Positions 19,500-20,000 of a stretch of 20,000 bases of DNA are shown here, piece after piece. Position 1 is the first letter of the stretch. The number at the start of each line of letters is the position of its first letter. Source of the stretch: Mesotaenium endlicherianum (taxonomy: Eukaryota); the NCBI GenBank assembly GCA_009602735.1, contig WELA01001340.1:165620-185619 (forward strand), written 5' to 3'. Below the pieces are notes generated by a model. The model was not told where the DNA came from. It did no database searches and saw nothing but the letters and a program-made list of their open reading frames with translations. The translations under genes were made by a program, and so were the position numbers.

Positions 19500-20000
19500 C
19501 TTGAGATTTCACGTAAAAGGTAGGAAGGGGGAAAGGGGTGGTGGTGGCACCCCCGGNGGAGTTTGCGAAGGCGTGCAGCACACAACAGCGGCAACGAGCA
19601 TGCGGGTCACTCTGTGGACCTCCGACTCCGATGCCAGCTTTGACTCATACGCCCTTCATTATATTATTCGTCCATATTTGATGAATGATCAGCGGTCCCA
19701 CAGGAAGACAACGAGAGCGGGTACGGCAGGTGTACTCACACCTAAGAGCGAGGTCCTCGATTGGTTGCGGGTCTAGCTGCTGCCCTGCTGGAGCCTAGGA
19801 CGAGCTTTTGAGGCAGTGAGGGATAGAGGCAGAGGGAGAGTGGGAGCCTTTCAGAATGATCCTGTCTCCAAGCATGTAGATGCAGGTGCCCTTGTCACAC
19901 GTTGCACGCAAAATCACATGCGGCCGTGCATACACGCATGCACAGGTACATATGCATGCATGTGCGCACATGAAGAGAGGGACAAGGGGGTGGGGAGGGT

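Overview
Eukaryotic, intron-containing genomic DNA, probably from a green plant/streptophyte alga (inferred from the tRNA-iMet-type primer-binding sites and a plant-type THUMP gene). 1-~9.1 kb is a three-layer stack of retroelements, all on the minus strand. (A) An apparently intact Ty3/gypsy LTR retrotransposon: 503-bp 5' LTR 3372-3874, PBS, gag 2054-3334, A_AAA_AAC -1 frameshift site with hairpin, and an open PR-RT-RNaseH pol running off the left edge. A is inserted into the integrase zinc-finger region of (B), an older, decayed, related gypsy element. B's PBS abuts, with no recognisable LTR, (C) the 5' half (gag + start of RT) of a DIRS/PAT-like tyrosine-recombinase retrotransposon. Divergently oriented on the plus strand is a 6-coding-exon gene (9679-14751, 554 aa) for a plant-type THUMP-domain protein with a long Ala/Gly-rich insertion. 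The remainder (~14.8-20 kb) is repeat-rich non-coding DNA with several minisatellites and possibly a decayed minus-strand gene. The LTR-less gypsy/DIRS junction at 7364-7366 is the most unusual observation.
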